Source of the DNA: Chloroflexi bacterium GWB2_49_20
GTDB taxonomy: Bacteria; Chloroflexota; Anaerolineae; Anaerolineales; Villigracilaceae
Reading direction: 5' to 3'
Length of the DNA: 32,000 nucleotides
Assembly (NCBI GenBank): GCA_001796335.1
Contig: MGMF01000001.1
Span: 358,657 to 390,656, forward strand
Below, piece after piece: positions 9,039 to 16,421 of the stretch (its first letter is position 1; every line of letters starts with the position of its first letter). Made by a program: the position numbers and the translations under genes. The notes below the pieces were generated by a model, which worked only from the letters and a program-made list of their open reading frames with translations, had not been told where the DNA came from and searched no databases.

Positions 9039-10165
9039 TTATTTTCATTCGCCGTCATCTCGCGGTTAAACTATTTATCTCATATCTTGCCATCATCCTG
9101 GTTGGTGCAGTCATCCTGTTCGCAGCCACCCGCTTCACCTTACCTGAAGCCTTTAACCGTCATATGGGGATGGGGTTTGCTGGTACGGGCATGATGCAGG
9201 GTGCCGGAACCGGTGGAAGTGGAATGGCAGACCTGTTCACCAATTTTCAGGCCAGCTTCAACGAAGCACTGGTACTGGCCATGGCAGCTGCAGGACTGGC
9301 AGCTGTGCTGGTCAGCCTGCTGCTCAGCCGGGGTGTTGTAGCTCCTGTGCGTCTGATGACCATCGCCAGCCAGCATATCGCCGATGGTCATTATTCCGAG
9401 CGCGTGCAGACCGGCAATCCAGATGAACTCGGTCAACTGGCACATTCTTTCAACCAGATGGCTGAAAACCTGGAACAAGTTGAATTAATGCGCCGCCATT
9501 TGATCGCGGATGTCAGCCACGAACTGCGCACGCCACTGACTGCCATCCAGGGCTCCATGGAAGGCCTGCTGGACGGAATTCTGCCGGCAACCCCTGAAAC
9601 CTACCAGCAGATTCACCAGGAAGCCGGTAGACTGGCGCGCCTGGTGGACGACCTGCAGGAATTGAGTCGCGTTGAGGCAGGCGCAACCCCGCTCGAGATC
9701 CGGCCTGCCCAGATCAGTAACCTCATCCAGACCACCATCAAGCGCCTGGATCCCCAGGCACGCTCAAAGCATATAGACATAAACACAGATCTGCCCGACG
9801 AATTGCCGTTGGTCCTTCTGGACGACGCCCGCATTACCCAAGTGCTGACCAACCTGGTCAGCAATGCGCTCCAATATTCCCCTGAGGGTGGAGGCGTACG
9901 CATCTCGGCCAGGCAGGTCAGGGATGAAGTCCAGGTCAGTGTCAGCGATAGCGGTATCGGCATCCCGGCTGAACACATACCTCATCTCTTCACCCGCTTC
10001 TACCGGGTGGACAAATCCCGCTCACGCCAGTCCGGTGGAGGCTCAGGTATCGGCTTAACCATCGCGCGGCACCTGGTCGAGGCACATGATGGACGCATTT
10101 GGGTCGAAAGCCGGGGAGCTGGACAGGGCAGCACCTTCTCTTTTTCCCTACCAATTTCCAGGTAA
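9035..10165 (+). CDS. Sensor histidine kinase (HAMP, HisKA, HATPase)
   Basis: 376 aa; ATGA-type overlap with the response regulator; HAMP region, DVSHELRTPLTAIQGSMEG H-box, N-box TNLVSNALQYSPEGG, DSGIGIP, GSGIGLTIARHLVEAHDG. Confidence 0.95.
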   Translation: MIIFIRRHLAVKLFISYLAIILVGAVILFAATRFTLPEAFNRHMGMGFAGTGMMQGAGTGGSGMADLFTNFQASFNEALVLAMAAAGLAAVLVSLLLSRGVVAPVRLMTIASQHIADGHYSERVQTGNPDELGQLAHSFNQMAENLEQVELMRRHLIADVSHELRTPLTAIQGSMEGLLDGILPATPETYQQIHQEAGRLARLVDDLQELSRVEAGATPLEIRPAQISNLIQTTIKRLDPQARSKHIDINTDLPDELPLVLLDDARITQVLTNLVSNALQYSPEGGGVRISARQVRDEVQVSVSDSGIGIPAEHIPHLFTRFYRVDKSRSRQSGGGSGIGLTIARHLVEAHDGRIWVESRGAGQGSTFSFSLPISR

Positions 10166-10330
10166 CATTCCAGTTGTCATTATTAATCCCGGATGCGCAT
10201 CCGAAACATGGCATTCTCAACCCAATATTCCGTAATTTTTCTTCCTCCCGAACCCGCCAAAAATCAGTAAAATCAGGCCAATCCATTAATCTGTGAACAG
10301 GTGATTAATGAATATATCCGTTATCATCCT

Positions 10331-10560
10331 GGTTGTGTGGAGCGCCTTGAGATCATCCGTGAGAAGGGCACCAACCGCTGCCGTTTCTTCCGTGGCCAGG
10401 TGGACAAATATACCTGGGTGGATCTTGGCTCCAGCTTCCTGCCCTCCGATCTGTTGGCGGCTCACTTATACGCACAACTGGAGTCACGACCCAAGATCCA
10501 GAACCACAGGCAGTGTGTGTGGGAATATTATTTCAAAAACCTGCAGGAAGCTGCGAAACA
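10331..10560 (+). pseudogene. Internal fragment of a WecE/RffA-type (dTDP-4-amino-4,6-dideoxygalactose) transaminase
   Basis: In frame within ORF 10301-10663: ERLEIIREKGTNRCRFFRGQVDKYTWVDLGSSFLPSDLLAAHLYAQLESRPKIQNHRQCVWEYYFKNLQEAAK, matching the recalled central segment of E. coli WecE (AEIIREKGTNRSQFFRGQVDKYTWRDIGSSYL.SDLQAAYLWAQLEAADRIN). PLP-binding N-terminal part and C-terminus absent. Confidence 0.8.
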
Positions 10561-10577
10561 TCAATTACTGATATTTT

Positions 10578-11753
10578 CTATCGATTGCAGCGGATCAGAT
10601 TGCCCGCCCGGGCAGAGTCCTGGGCTTCGGCGTAAACATCCAACAACTTGCGCGCCTGATTGATGATATCAAAGTCACGCGCCCGGGCTCGTGCCGCCAG
10701 ACCCATCTTTGATCTTAACTCCTGGTCGTTAACCAATTTCTCAATTCCCTGAGCAAGAGACTCGGCATCATTTGCGGTCATGAATCCTTGGACACCATCC
10801 TCAAGAACGTCCCGGGTTCCGCTGCCATCCACAGCAGCCACCGGCAACCCGGCTGCCATTCCTTCCAGGGTTACCAATCCCTGGGCTTCAGCCACGGATG
10901 CAAAGCAAAAGATATCCGCAGCCACAAGGTAATTTCCAACCTCGTCCAAGTTTACGCCTCCAGACATCTCCACCCTGTCCCTAATCCCCAGGGACTTGGC
11001 CTTTTTGTGCAATTTTTTTCGTTCCGAACCGTCTCCCAGTAACACCAGGCGAACATTAGGAACCTTGCTCATCACGATCGCGGCAGCTTCCATCAGGATA
11101 TCCCAATTTTTCTCGATCGCCAATCTTCCAGCTGAGATCAAGACAATCTCATCACCCCAGTGGCGTTTATGTCTTTCAGCCTGGCGATCCAGGTTCTCAA
11201 ACAGGGATACATCAATACCGGTGGGAACGGTGGTAATTTGTTCACTGAAACCATACTCTTCGTACAAGATCTGGCGCAAGCTGTCGCTGGGTGTGATTAT
11301 ATGGTGACATTTTTGCAGATAATCGCACAGGATGTTGTCAATCTGGTCCTTTATAAAATCCTGCCCAAAGGAACCCACATACCGGCTGTATTCCCAGTAG
11401 CGGCTGTGAAAAGTAAAAACCAGCGGCAAATTATACTTGGCTGAATTGTGGGCCGCAGTTTGCCCCAACAACACCGGGTGGTGGCTGTGTATGACATCCA
11501 TTTTCAGGCTTGGTAAAATATGATCGATGCTGGCTGAAATTGGAATGACAAACCGCAGATCGGGGAATTGAGGTATGTCCACGGATGGGTAGCGAAAAAC
11601 GAAAGGTTCATCGTCTTCATAATCTTCCGTTTGAGGAGAGAAAATAAAAACGTTGTGACCCAATTCAGTCAATGCTTTGCGAAAAGACCCAACCGAGCGG
11701 ACTACTCCGCTGATGGTTGGGTTGTAGGCATTGGTATAAAAACCGATGTGCAT
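10578..11753 (-). CDS. GT4-family glycosyltransferase
   Basis: 391 aa; MHIGFYTNAYNPTISGVVRSVGSFRKALTELGHNVFIFSP, HSHHPVLLG, TTVPTGID, FCFASVAEAQGLVTLEGMAAGLPVAAVDGSGTRDVL. Confidence 0.9.
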   Translation of the reverse strand: MHIGFYTNAYNPTISGVVRSVGSFRKALTELGHNVFIFSPQTEDYEDDEPFVFRYPSVDIPQFPDLRFVIPISASIDHILPSLKMDVIHSHHPVLLGQTAAHNSAKYNLPLVFTFHSRYWEYSRYVGSFGQDFIKDQIDNILCDYLQKCHHIITPSDSLRQILYEEYGFSEQITTVPTGIDVSLFENLDRQAERHKRHWGDEIVLISAGRLAIEKNWDILMEAAAIVMSKVPNVRLVLLGDGSERKKLHKKAKSLGIRDRVEMSGGVNLDEVGNYLVAADIFCFASVAEAQGLVTLEGMAAGLPVAAVDGSGTRDVLEDGVQGFMTANDAESLAQGIEKLVNDQELRSKMGLAARARARDFDIINQARKLLDVYAEAQDSARAGNLIRCNR

Positions 11754-11905
11754 CTGTCCTCCCCAGACTGATCAAAAAACAAATATATGTACCTGACATA
11801 TCCAACAATATAACTTCTAATCAATTGTACTCCCTCTTGAGGGACCGATGCAACCTTCTTGTAAAACGCAAAACAGGGCTTTCACCAATTTCCGACAAAA
11901 AAACC

Positions 11906-11933
11906 TTGACATATAGACAATTATCGATATAAT
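11906..11933 (+). promoter_or_regulatory. arsR promoter with near-consensus sigma70-like elements
   Basis: TTGACA (11906-11911), 16-nt spacer, TATAAT (11928-11933); arsR ATG at 11955. Confidence 0.75.
11910..11928 (+). promoter_or_regulatory. Candidate ArsR operator site 1
   Basis: CATATAGACAATTATCGAT; 17/19 identical to the reverse complement of the site at 12319-12337; lies in the spacer of the arsR promoter. A partial third copy CATATAGACGA is at 11936-11946. Confidence 0.65.
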
Positions 11934-11954
11934 ATCATATAGACGAACTTCAAT

Positions 11955-12269
11955 ATGACAAAACCAAACCCTGTACTTTTTGCCAAAGCCCTGGCAGATG
12001 CCACCCGCCAAAAGATCATGAACCTGTGCTGCTGCAAGTGGTTGTCTGTTAACGAAATTGTGGAGCAGATCAATGTCTCGCAACCCACTGTCTCACATCA
12101 TCTTGCCATCCTGCGCGAGGCTGGATTGGTGGAGACACGCCATGAAGGCAAGCAGATTTTCTACACCCTGGATCAGGACAAAGTGGCCACATGTTGCGGA
12201 AACCTGGTGACTAAATTCGCCCCGGATAGTAAAACCGCCGGAATTATCAAGATCAACGAAACCATTTGA
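11955..12269 (+). CDS. arsR: ArsR/SmtB-family transcriptional repressor with Cys-rich metalloid-sensing candidates
   Basis: 104 aa; wHTH EQINVSQPTVSHHLAILREAGLVETRHEGKQIFYTL; cysteines NLCCCKWLS and ATCCGN. Confidence 0.9.
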   Translation: MTKPNPVLFAKALADATRQKIMNLCCCKWLSVNEIVEQINVSQPTVSHHLAILREAGLVETRHEGKQIFYTLDQDKVATCCGNLVTKFAPDSKTAGIIKINETI

Positions 12270-12274
12270 CCTGA

Positions 12275-12310
12275 TGGACATGGGTTTTTGACCCTGTCCA
12301 CTCTTTTTTT
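12275..12310 (+). terminator. Intrinsic terminator between arsR and arsM
   Basis: TGGACA-t-GGGT-ttttg-ACCCTGTCCA (one bulge) followed by ctcTTTTTTT; immediately abuts the next promoter. Confidence 0.7.
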
Positions 12311-12337
12311 GACTATTCATAGATAACTGTCTATATG
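12309..12337 (+). promoter_or_regulatory. Candidate promoter plus ArsR operator site 2 for arsM-hgcAB
   Basis: TTGACT at 12309-12314; dyad ATAGATAACTGTCTATATG at 12319-12337 (reverse complement CATATAGACAGTTATCTAT); AT-rich -10 candidate overlaps its right half. Exact -10 uncertain. Confidence 0.6.
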
Positions 12338-12348
12338 AAAGGAAAAGT

Positions 12349-13083
12349 ATGAAATCATCACTTACCCCAGTACATGAAATCGTTCGTGAGCGTTATGCAC
12401 AGGCTGCCCGCTCAACTTCCTCCTGTTGTTCTCCCAGCTCAACACTCTACCCTGCCGAGCTTCTGACAGAATTACCGACAGACATCACTGATTTCAGCCT
12501 GGGGTGCGGAAACCCGATCGCGGCAGCCAACCTCAAACCCGGCGAAACTGTATTGGATCTGGGCTCGGGTGGCGGATTGGATTGCTTCCTGTCTGCCCGC
12601 AGGGTGAGATCAGTCGGCAAGGTCATTGGCGTGGATATGACCCCTGAAATGCTTGAGCGCTCGCGTTTAAATGCAGCCCGGCTCGGGATCACAAATGTGG
12701 AGTTTCGTGAAGGTTATCTGGAAAACCTTCCAGTGGAAGATCACAGTGTGGATGTGGTTATTTCCAATTGTGTTATCAACCTGTCACCAGACAAACCGCA
12801 GGTCTTTCGGGAGATCTTCCGGGTGTTAAAACCAGGTGGACGCATGGCAGTGTCGGATGTTATCACAAATGGATCACTGCCAGAATCCATCCGTAGTAAT
12901 ATGGACGCCTGGGGAGCCTGTGTTGCCGGCGCCCTGGATATGCAAGATTATTCGCAGGGTTTGTTGCAAGCCGGTTTTGAGGATGTTAAAATCCAACCAA
13001 AAAACAGCTCCAATGAACTATTGCAAGTACTGCCGGTTGGACAGCCATTTTCCGCCATCATCAGCGCCCGCAAATCAGCCTAA
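12349..13083 (+). CDS. arsM: Arsenite S-adenosylmethionine methyltransferase (ArsM-like)
   Basis: 244 aa; [86 protein letters not shown]; the three cysteine contexts expected for ArsM are present. Confidence 0.92.
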   Translation: MKSSLTPVHEIVRERYAQAARSTSSCCSPSSTLYPAELLTELPTDITDFSLGCGNPIAAANLKPGETVLDLGSGGGLDCFLSARRVRSVGKVIGVDMTPEMLERSRLNAARLGITNVEFREGYLENLPVEDHSVDVVISNCVINLSPDKPQVFREIFRVLKPGGRMAVSDVITNGSLPESIRSNMDAWGACVAGALDMQDYSQGLLQAGFEDVKIQPKNSSNELLQVLPVGQPFSAIISARKSA

Positions 13084-13110
13084 TTGGATAACTCAGGAGA
13101 CAGTCTGACC

Positions 13111-14115
13111 ATGATCAATCTGGATACGATCACAATCAATTCCCGGCCAAATATTTTCAGTACGACACCTCAATTATCCCGTGCAAATCATTGGGACCAT
13201 TTTCTGGCACGGCTGGGCTACAAACGCAGCCAGCACTGTGTGGAACCCGGGCTTTACGCCATCGGGAATCCATCTCCCGATTCGCCGGTGTTTGTGACCG
13301 CAAATTACACTCTCAGCTTCGATGCTCTGCGCTCCAACCTCAACGGGATCGATGGCTATATTTTGGTCCTGGATACCAATGGGGTCAACGTTTGGTGTGC
13401 AGCCGGTAAGAAAACCTTTAGCACGGAAGAAATTGTGCTGCGTGTGACTGCCACCCAGCTAAAAAAAGTTGTGAACCGCCATGTGTTGATTCTGCCACAA
13501 CTGGGTGCTCCGGGAGTGGCAGCGCATGAAGTAAAGAAACGCACCGGCTTCAAAGTGGAATATGGTCCGGTGCGGGCAACCGATCTGCCTGAATATTTGA
13601 AAACCCGCCAGGCTACCTCTGTCATGCGCCAGGTGAACTTTCCCCTGCGAGACCGGATCATTCTGATCCCTGTGGATTTTGTGCACCTCATCCTTCCCAC
13701 AGTTTTGGCAGCCCTTGTCTTTTATTTCTTCCTGGGGGGACTGCTACCTGCCCTGGCTGTCCTGGCAGTGCTGTTTTCAGCGGGGATCCTTTTCCCCATT
13801 CTTCTGCCGTGGCTGCCAACCCACAACTTCAGCACCAAAGGTTTCTTCCTGGGGTTCCTGACAGCACTGCCTTTCGCCCTTTCAGTCTTCATCCGGCACC
13901 CGGATTGGACCTGGTACCATCAGGCCGGGCAGGCATTCGGCTTCCTGTTAGCCATGCCAGCAGTGGTGGCCTTCATCAGCCTCAATTTCACCGGGTCAAC
14001 CACTTTCACATCAAAAACTGGCGTGCGCCGCGAAATGTTTGCTTATCTGCCTGCCATGGCCTGGATTTTTGCTGCCGGCATCATCCTGAACATTGCCTTT
14101 GCTTTTATACGCTAA
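13111..14115 (+). CDS. hgcA: HgcA, corrinoid mercury-methylation protein
   Basis: Track ORF begins at TTG 13084; ATG 13111 has the Shine-Dalgarno-like caggaga 10 nt upstream. Cap-helix motif NVWCAAGK encoded at 13387-13410 with Cys codon 13396-13398; N-terminal CFeSP-like corrinoid domain; C-terminal multi-TM domain ending in LNFTGSTTFTSKTGVRREM... Confidence 0.93.
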   Translation: MINLDTITINSRPNIFSTTPQLSRANHWDHFLARLGYKRSQHCVEPGLYAIGNPSPDSPVFVTANYTLSFDALRSNLNGIDGYILVLDTNGVNVWCAAGKKTFSTEEIVLRVTATQLKKVVNRHVLILPQLGAPGVAAHEVKKRTGFKVEYGPVRATDLPEYLKTRQATSVMRQVNFPLRDRIILIPVDFVHLILPTVLAALVFYFFLGGLLPALAVLAVLFSAGILFPILLPWLPTHNFSTKGFFLGFLTALPFALSVFIRHPDWTWYHQAGQAFGFLLAMPAVVAFISLNFTGSTTFTSKTGVRREMFAYLPAMAWIFAAGIILNIAFAFIR

Positions 14116-14127
14116 TGGAGCAGCTAT

Positions 14128-14400
14128 ATGTATAACTCTTATTCTGTAAACACTCTGGCCTACAATGCAGAACTATGCAATGGTTGTGGCATGTGCGTGG
14201 CTGTTTGCCCGCATGCCGTATTTGAAATGAATGAAAGAAAGGCCCACCTGTTCCAGCCGCTGGCCTGCATGGAGTGCGGAGCTTGCCAGTTGAATTGTGT
14301 GACCGGCGCCATAACGGTCGAGAGTGGGGTGGGCTGTGCAGCTGCCATGATGCGGGCTGCCTTGCTTGGTTTGCCGGAAGCTGAATGCAGTTGCGGTTAA
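14128..14400 (+). CDS. hgcB: HgcB, 2x[4Fe-4S] ferredoxin partner of HgcA
   Basis: 90 aa, 12 nt after hgcA; CNGCGMCVAVCPHAVF, CMECGACQLNCVTGAI, conserved GVGCAA cysteine, C-terminal CSC. Confidence 0.92.
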   Translation: MYNSYSVNTLAYNAELCNGCGMCVAVCPHAVFEMNERKAHLFQPLACMECGACQLNCVTGAITVESGVGCAAAMMRAALLGLPEAECSCG

Positions 14401-14446
14401 GGTAATTGTTTACCAGGAACTCTTGACAACAACACTTATCAAGTGT

Positions 14447-14482
14447 ATAAAAGATACCGACTGGTCGGTATCTTTTATTTTG
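14447..14482 (+). terminator. Intrinsic terminator of the arsM-hgcAB unit (potentially bidirectional)
   Basis: Perfect 15-nt arms ATAAAAGATACCGAC (14447-14461) / GTCGGTATCTTTTAT (14464-14478), then TTTG; A-rich on the left, T-rich on the right. Confidence 0.85.
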
Positions 14483-14498
14483 TTCAAAACAAAGTACC

Positions 14499-14589
14499 AT
14501 CTCAATAAATTGGGGGAAGATGGGGGTTGGGGTATGAAAGCGAGCTTCACTTGCTTTCATACCCCAGCATTTACCCGAATTATTGAGAT
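14499..14589. repeat. Nested inverted repeat (outer 10-nt arms, inner 13-nt arms)
   Basis: Outer ATCTCAATAA (14499-14508) / TTATTGAGAT (14580-14589); inner GGGGTATGAAAGC (14529-14541) / GCTTTCATACCCC (14553-14565), extendable by G-U, A-U, G-C pairs to a 5-nt loop; G-runs at 14512-14516, 14522-14526, 14529-14532. Confidence 0.8.
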
Positions 14590-14610
14590 ACTACAATCAG
14601 GAGAATCAAA

Positions 14611-15195
14611 TTGCAACAACGCAGCGAAGAGACGCAAGCCCGCATTCTGGAAGCGGCTATCAGGCGATTTTCCATCTCCGGCTATAATGGCGCCAGTGTG
14701 GATGAGATCTGTGCGGAGGCCGGCGTCAGTAAAGGAGCATTTTACCATCACTTTTCCACCAAACAGGCTGTCTTCCTGGCCTTATTGAATGGCTGGCTGG
14801 GAACCATCGACACCGGCTTGAAGGCTGTCCGCCAGGAAACCGTGCCGCAAACCCTGATGCAAATGACCAGTATGCTGACGGTCATTTTTGCCAGCGCGGA
14901 CGACCGCCTACCTATGTTCCTGGAATTCTGGCTGCAAGCCAGCCGCGAGGATGCAGTTTACCAGGCTATGATCGCCCCTTATCGCTATTTTGCAGATTAC
15001 TTTACGAGCTTGATCAAAACAGGTATTGCCGAGGGATCGCTCAAAGAGGTTGATCCTGAGATCATTGCCCAGGCCATCTTGTCTATTGCCATTGGCACGT
15101 TGCTGCAGGGTCTGCTCGACCCGGATCGAACGAATTGGTCCAGGGTGGCAGAGCAGAGCATCCAGGCATTATTGGCAGGAGTGATCAAGAGTTGA
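14611..15195 (+). CDS. TetR-family transcriptional regulator
   Basis: 194 aa (TTG start); RILEAAIRRFSISGYNGASVDEICAEAGVSKGAFYHHFSTKQAVFLALL. Confidence 0.92.
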   Translation: MQQRSEETQARILEAAIRRFSISGYNGASVDEICAEAGVSKGAFYHHFSTKQAVFLALLNGWLGTIDTGLKAVRQETVPQTLMQMTSMLTVIFASADDRLPMFLEFWLQASREDAVYQAMIAPYRYFADYFTSLIKTGIAEGSLKEVDPEIIAQAILSIAIGTLLQGLLDPDRTNWSRVAEQSIQALLAGVIKS

Positions 15196-15219
15196 ACTTT
15201 GGAAACGAGGAGTGATAAC

Positions 15220-16221
15220 ATGATTTTGGTAACCGGTGCAACCGGTCACATCGGGAATGTACTTATCAGGCAGCTTCTGGACAAAGGCGAAAAAGTGCGC
15301 GCTCTGGTCTGGAAAGGGGAAGACACCACCTCGATCCGGGATTTGCAGATTGAAACCATTGAAGGTGATGTGCTTGACCTGCGAAGTCTGAAACCTGCCT
15401 TTAAAGGAGTGGATGTCGTCTATCATTTGGCGGGTGTCATCTCCATTATGCCCGGTCATAACCCTTTTGTCTGGGATGTCAACGTTCAGGGCACACGCAA
15501 TGTATTGCAAATAGCCCGGCAGGAAGGTATCCGTCGCCTGGTCTATACCAGCTCGATTCACGCCATTGCACGCGCCCCTCATGGTGTGCAAATAGATGAA
15601 TCTCTGCCTTTTGATATAAACAATCCCTACGGAGCTTACGACCGTTCAAAAGCAGAAGCCTCGCTCGAGGTTCAAGAAGCCAGCCTGGCAGGATTGGATG
15701 CCGTCATTGTATGTCCGACTGGAGTGATCGGACCTTATGATTTCCGTCGCTCCGAAATGGGTAATGTCATTCTGGATGCTGCCCTGAGGAAAACCACCCT
15801 GTATGTGGATGGAGCTTATGATTTCGTGGATGTGCGCGATGTAGCCGATGGGTTGATTAAAGCCAGCGAGCATGGCCGCAAAGGCGAGAACTATATTCTC
15901 TCCGGACAGAAGATCTCTGTCCGATATTTGCTTGAAACCGTGCGGGAAGTGACAGGTTATGCCTTCCCAAAGTTCAAGATCCCATTCAGACTGGCAGAGA
16001 TCGCATCCCATTTTACGCCGGCTTTCTACATTTGGCGTAAAACCAAACCCAAGTTTACCCCCTACTCGTTGGAAGTGTTGCAGAGTAATTCAGATATAAG
16101 TCACGTTAAGGCTTCCCGGGAGTTGGGTTACACTCCCCGCCCAATATACGCCAGCATCACCGATACCGTGCGCTGGTTCCTGGAAAATTACATCCTGCTG
16201 TTTGCTAAAAAAGGCACTTGA
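15220..16221 (+). CDS. NAD-dependent epimerase/dehydratase (extended SDR)
   Basis: Start at ATG 15220 (MILVTGATGHIGNVLIRQLL); GDVLDLRSL, VYHLAGV, YTSSIHAI, YDRSKAEAS. Confidence 0.9.
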   Translation: MILVTGATGHIGNVLIRQLLDKGEKVRALVWKGEDTTSIRDLQIETIEGDVLDLRSLKPAFKGVDVVYHLAGVISIMPGHNPFVWDVNVQGTRNVLQIARQEGIRRLVYTSSIHAIARAPHGVQIDESLPFDINNPYGAYDRSKAEASLEVQEASLAGLDAVIVCPTGVIGPYDFRRSEMGNVILDAALRKTTLYVDGAYDFVDVRDVADGLIKASEHGRKGENYILSGQKISVRYLLETVREVTGYAFPKFKIPFRLAEIASHFTPAFYIWRKTKPKFTPYSLEVLQSNSDISHVKASRELGYTPRPIYASITDTVRWFLENYILLFAKKGT

Positions 16222-16421
16222 CGGGTGGCAGACACCTGCCTACCGAAAACATGGGGGTGACTGAAGTTAAAGTGGCTCAACGGATCCGGGATCTCGTTCG
16301 GCGGCCACGCAAAATAATTAATATACCGGGGATTCTGCGGATTACACCCTGGGTGGAATTGATATTTGGCTGGCTGATTGACAGGCTGGGGGCGTTGTTA
16401 TTAAAATACCGTACCCGTTAG
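16218..16421 (+). CDS. Short ORF, possibly the orphan C-terminus of a classical SDR
   Basis: 67 aa with TTGA overlap; VAQRIRDLVRRPRKIINIPGILRITPWVELIFGWLIDRLGALLLKYRTR resembles the C-terminal tail of SDR oxidoreductases; no Rossmann domain present. Confidence 0.4.
   Translation: MTGGRHLPTENMGVTEVKVAQRIRDLVRRPRKIINIPGILRITPWVELIFGWLIDRLGALLLKYRTR

Noticed and set aside
10301-10663. ORF as a complete 120-aa gene
   Set aside because: Only its central part resembles the WecE family. Both ends of the domain are missing and the 3' end runs into the convergent GT4 gene, so a remnant is the better call.
13084-14115. Assigning the corrinoid protein as an acetyl-CoA pathway CFeSP subunit (CdhD/AcsD type)
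   Set aside because: NVWCAAGK together with a C-terminal multi-TM domain and an adjacent CMECGAC ferredoxin fits HgcA, not soluble CFeSP subunits.
14512-14532. Four-tetrad G-quadruplex
   Set aside because: Only three runs of four or more G (GGGGG, GGGGG, GGGG). A quadruplex would need split runs, so it is left as a note under the nested repeat.
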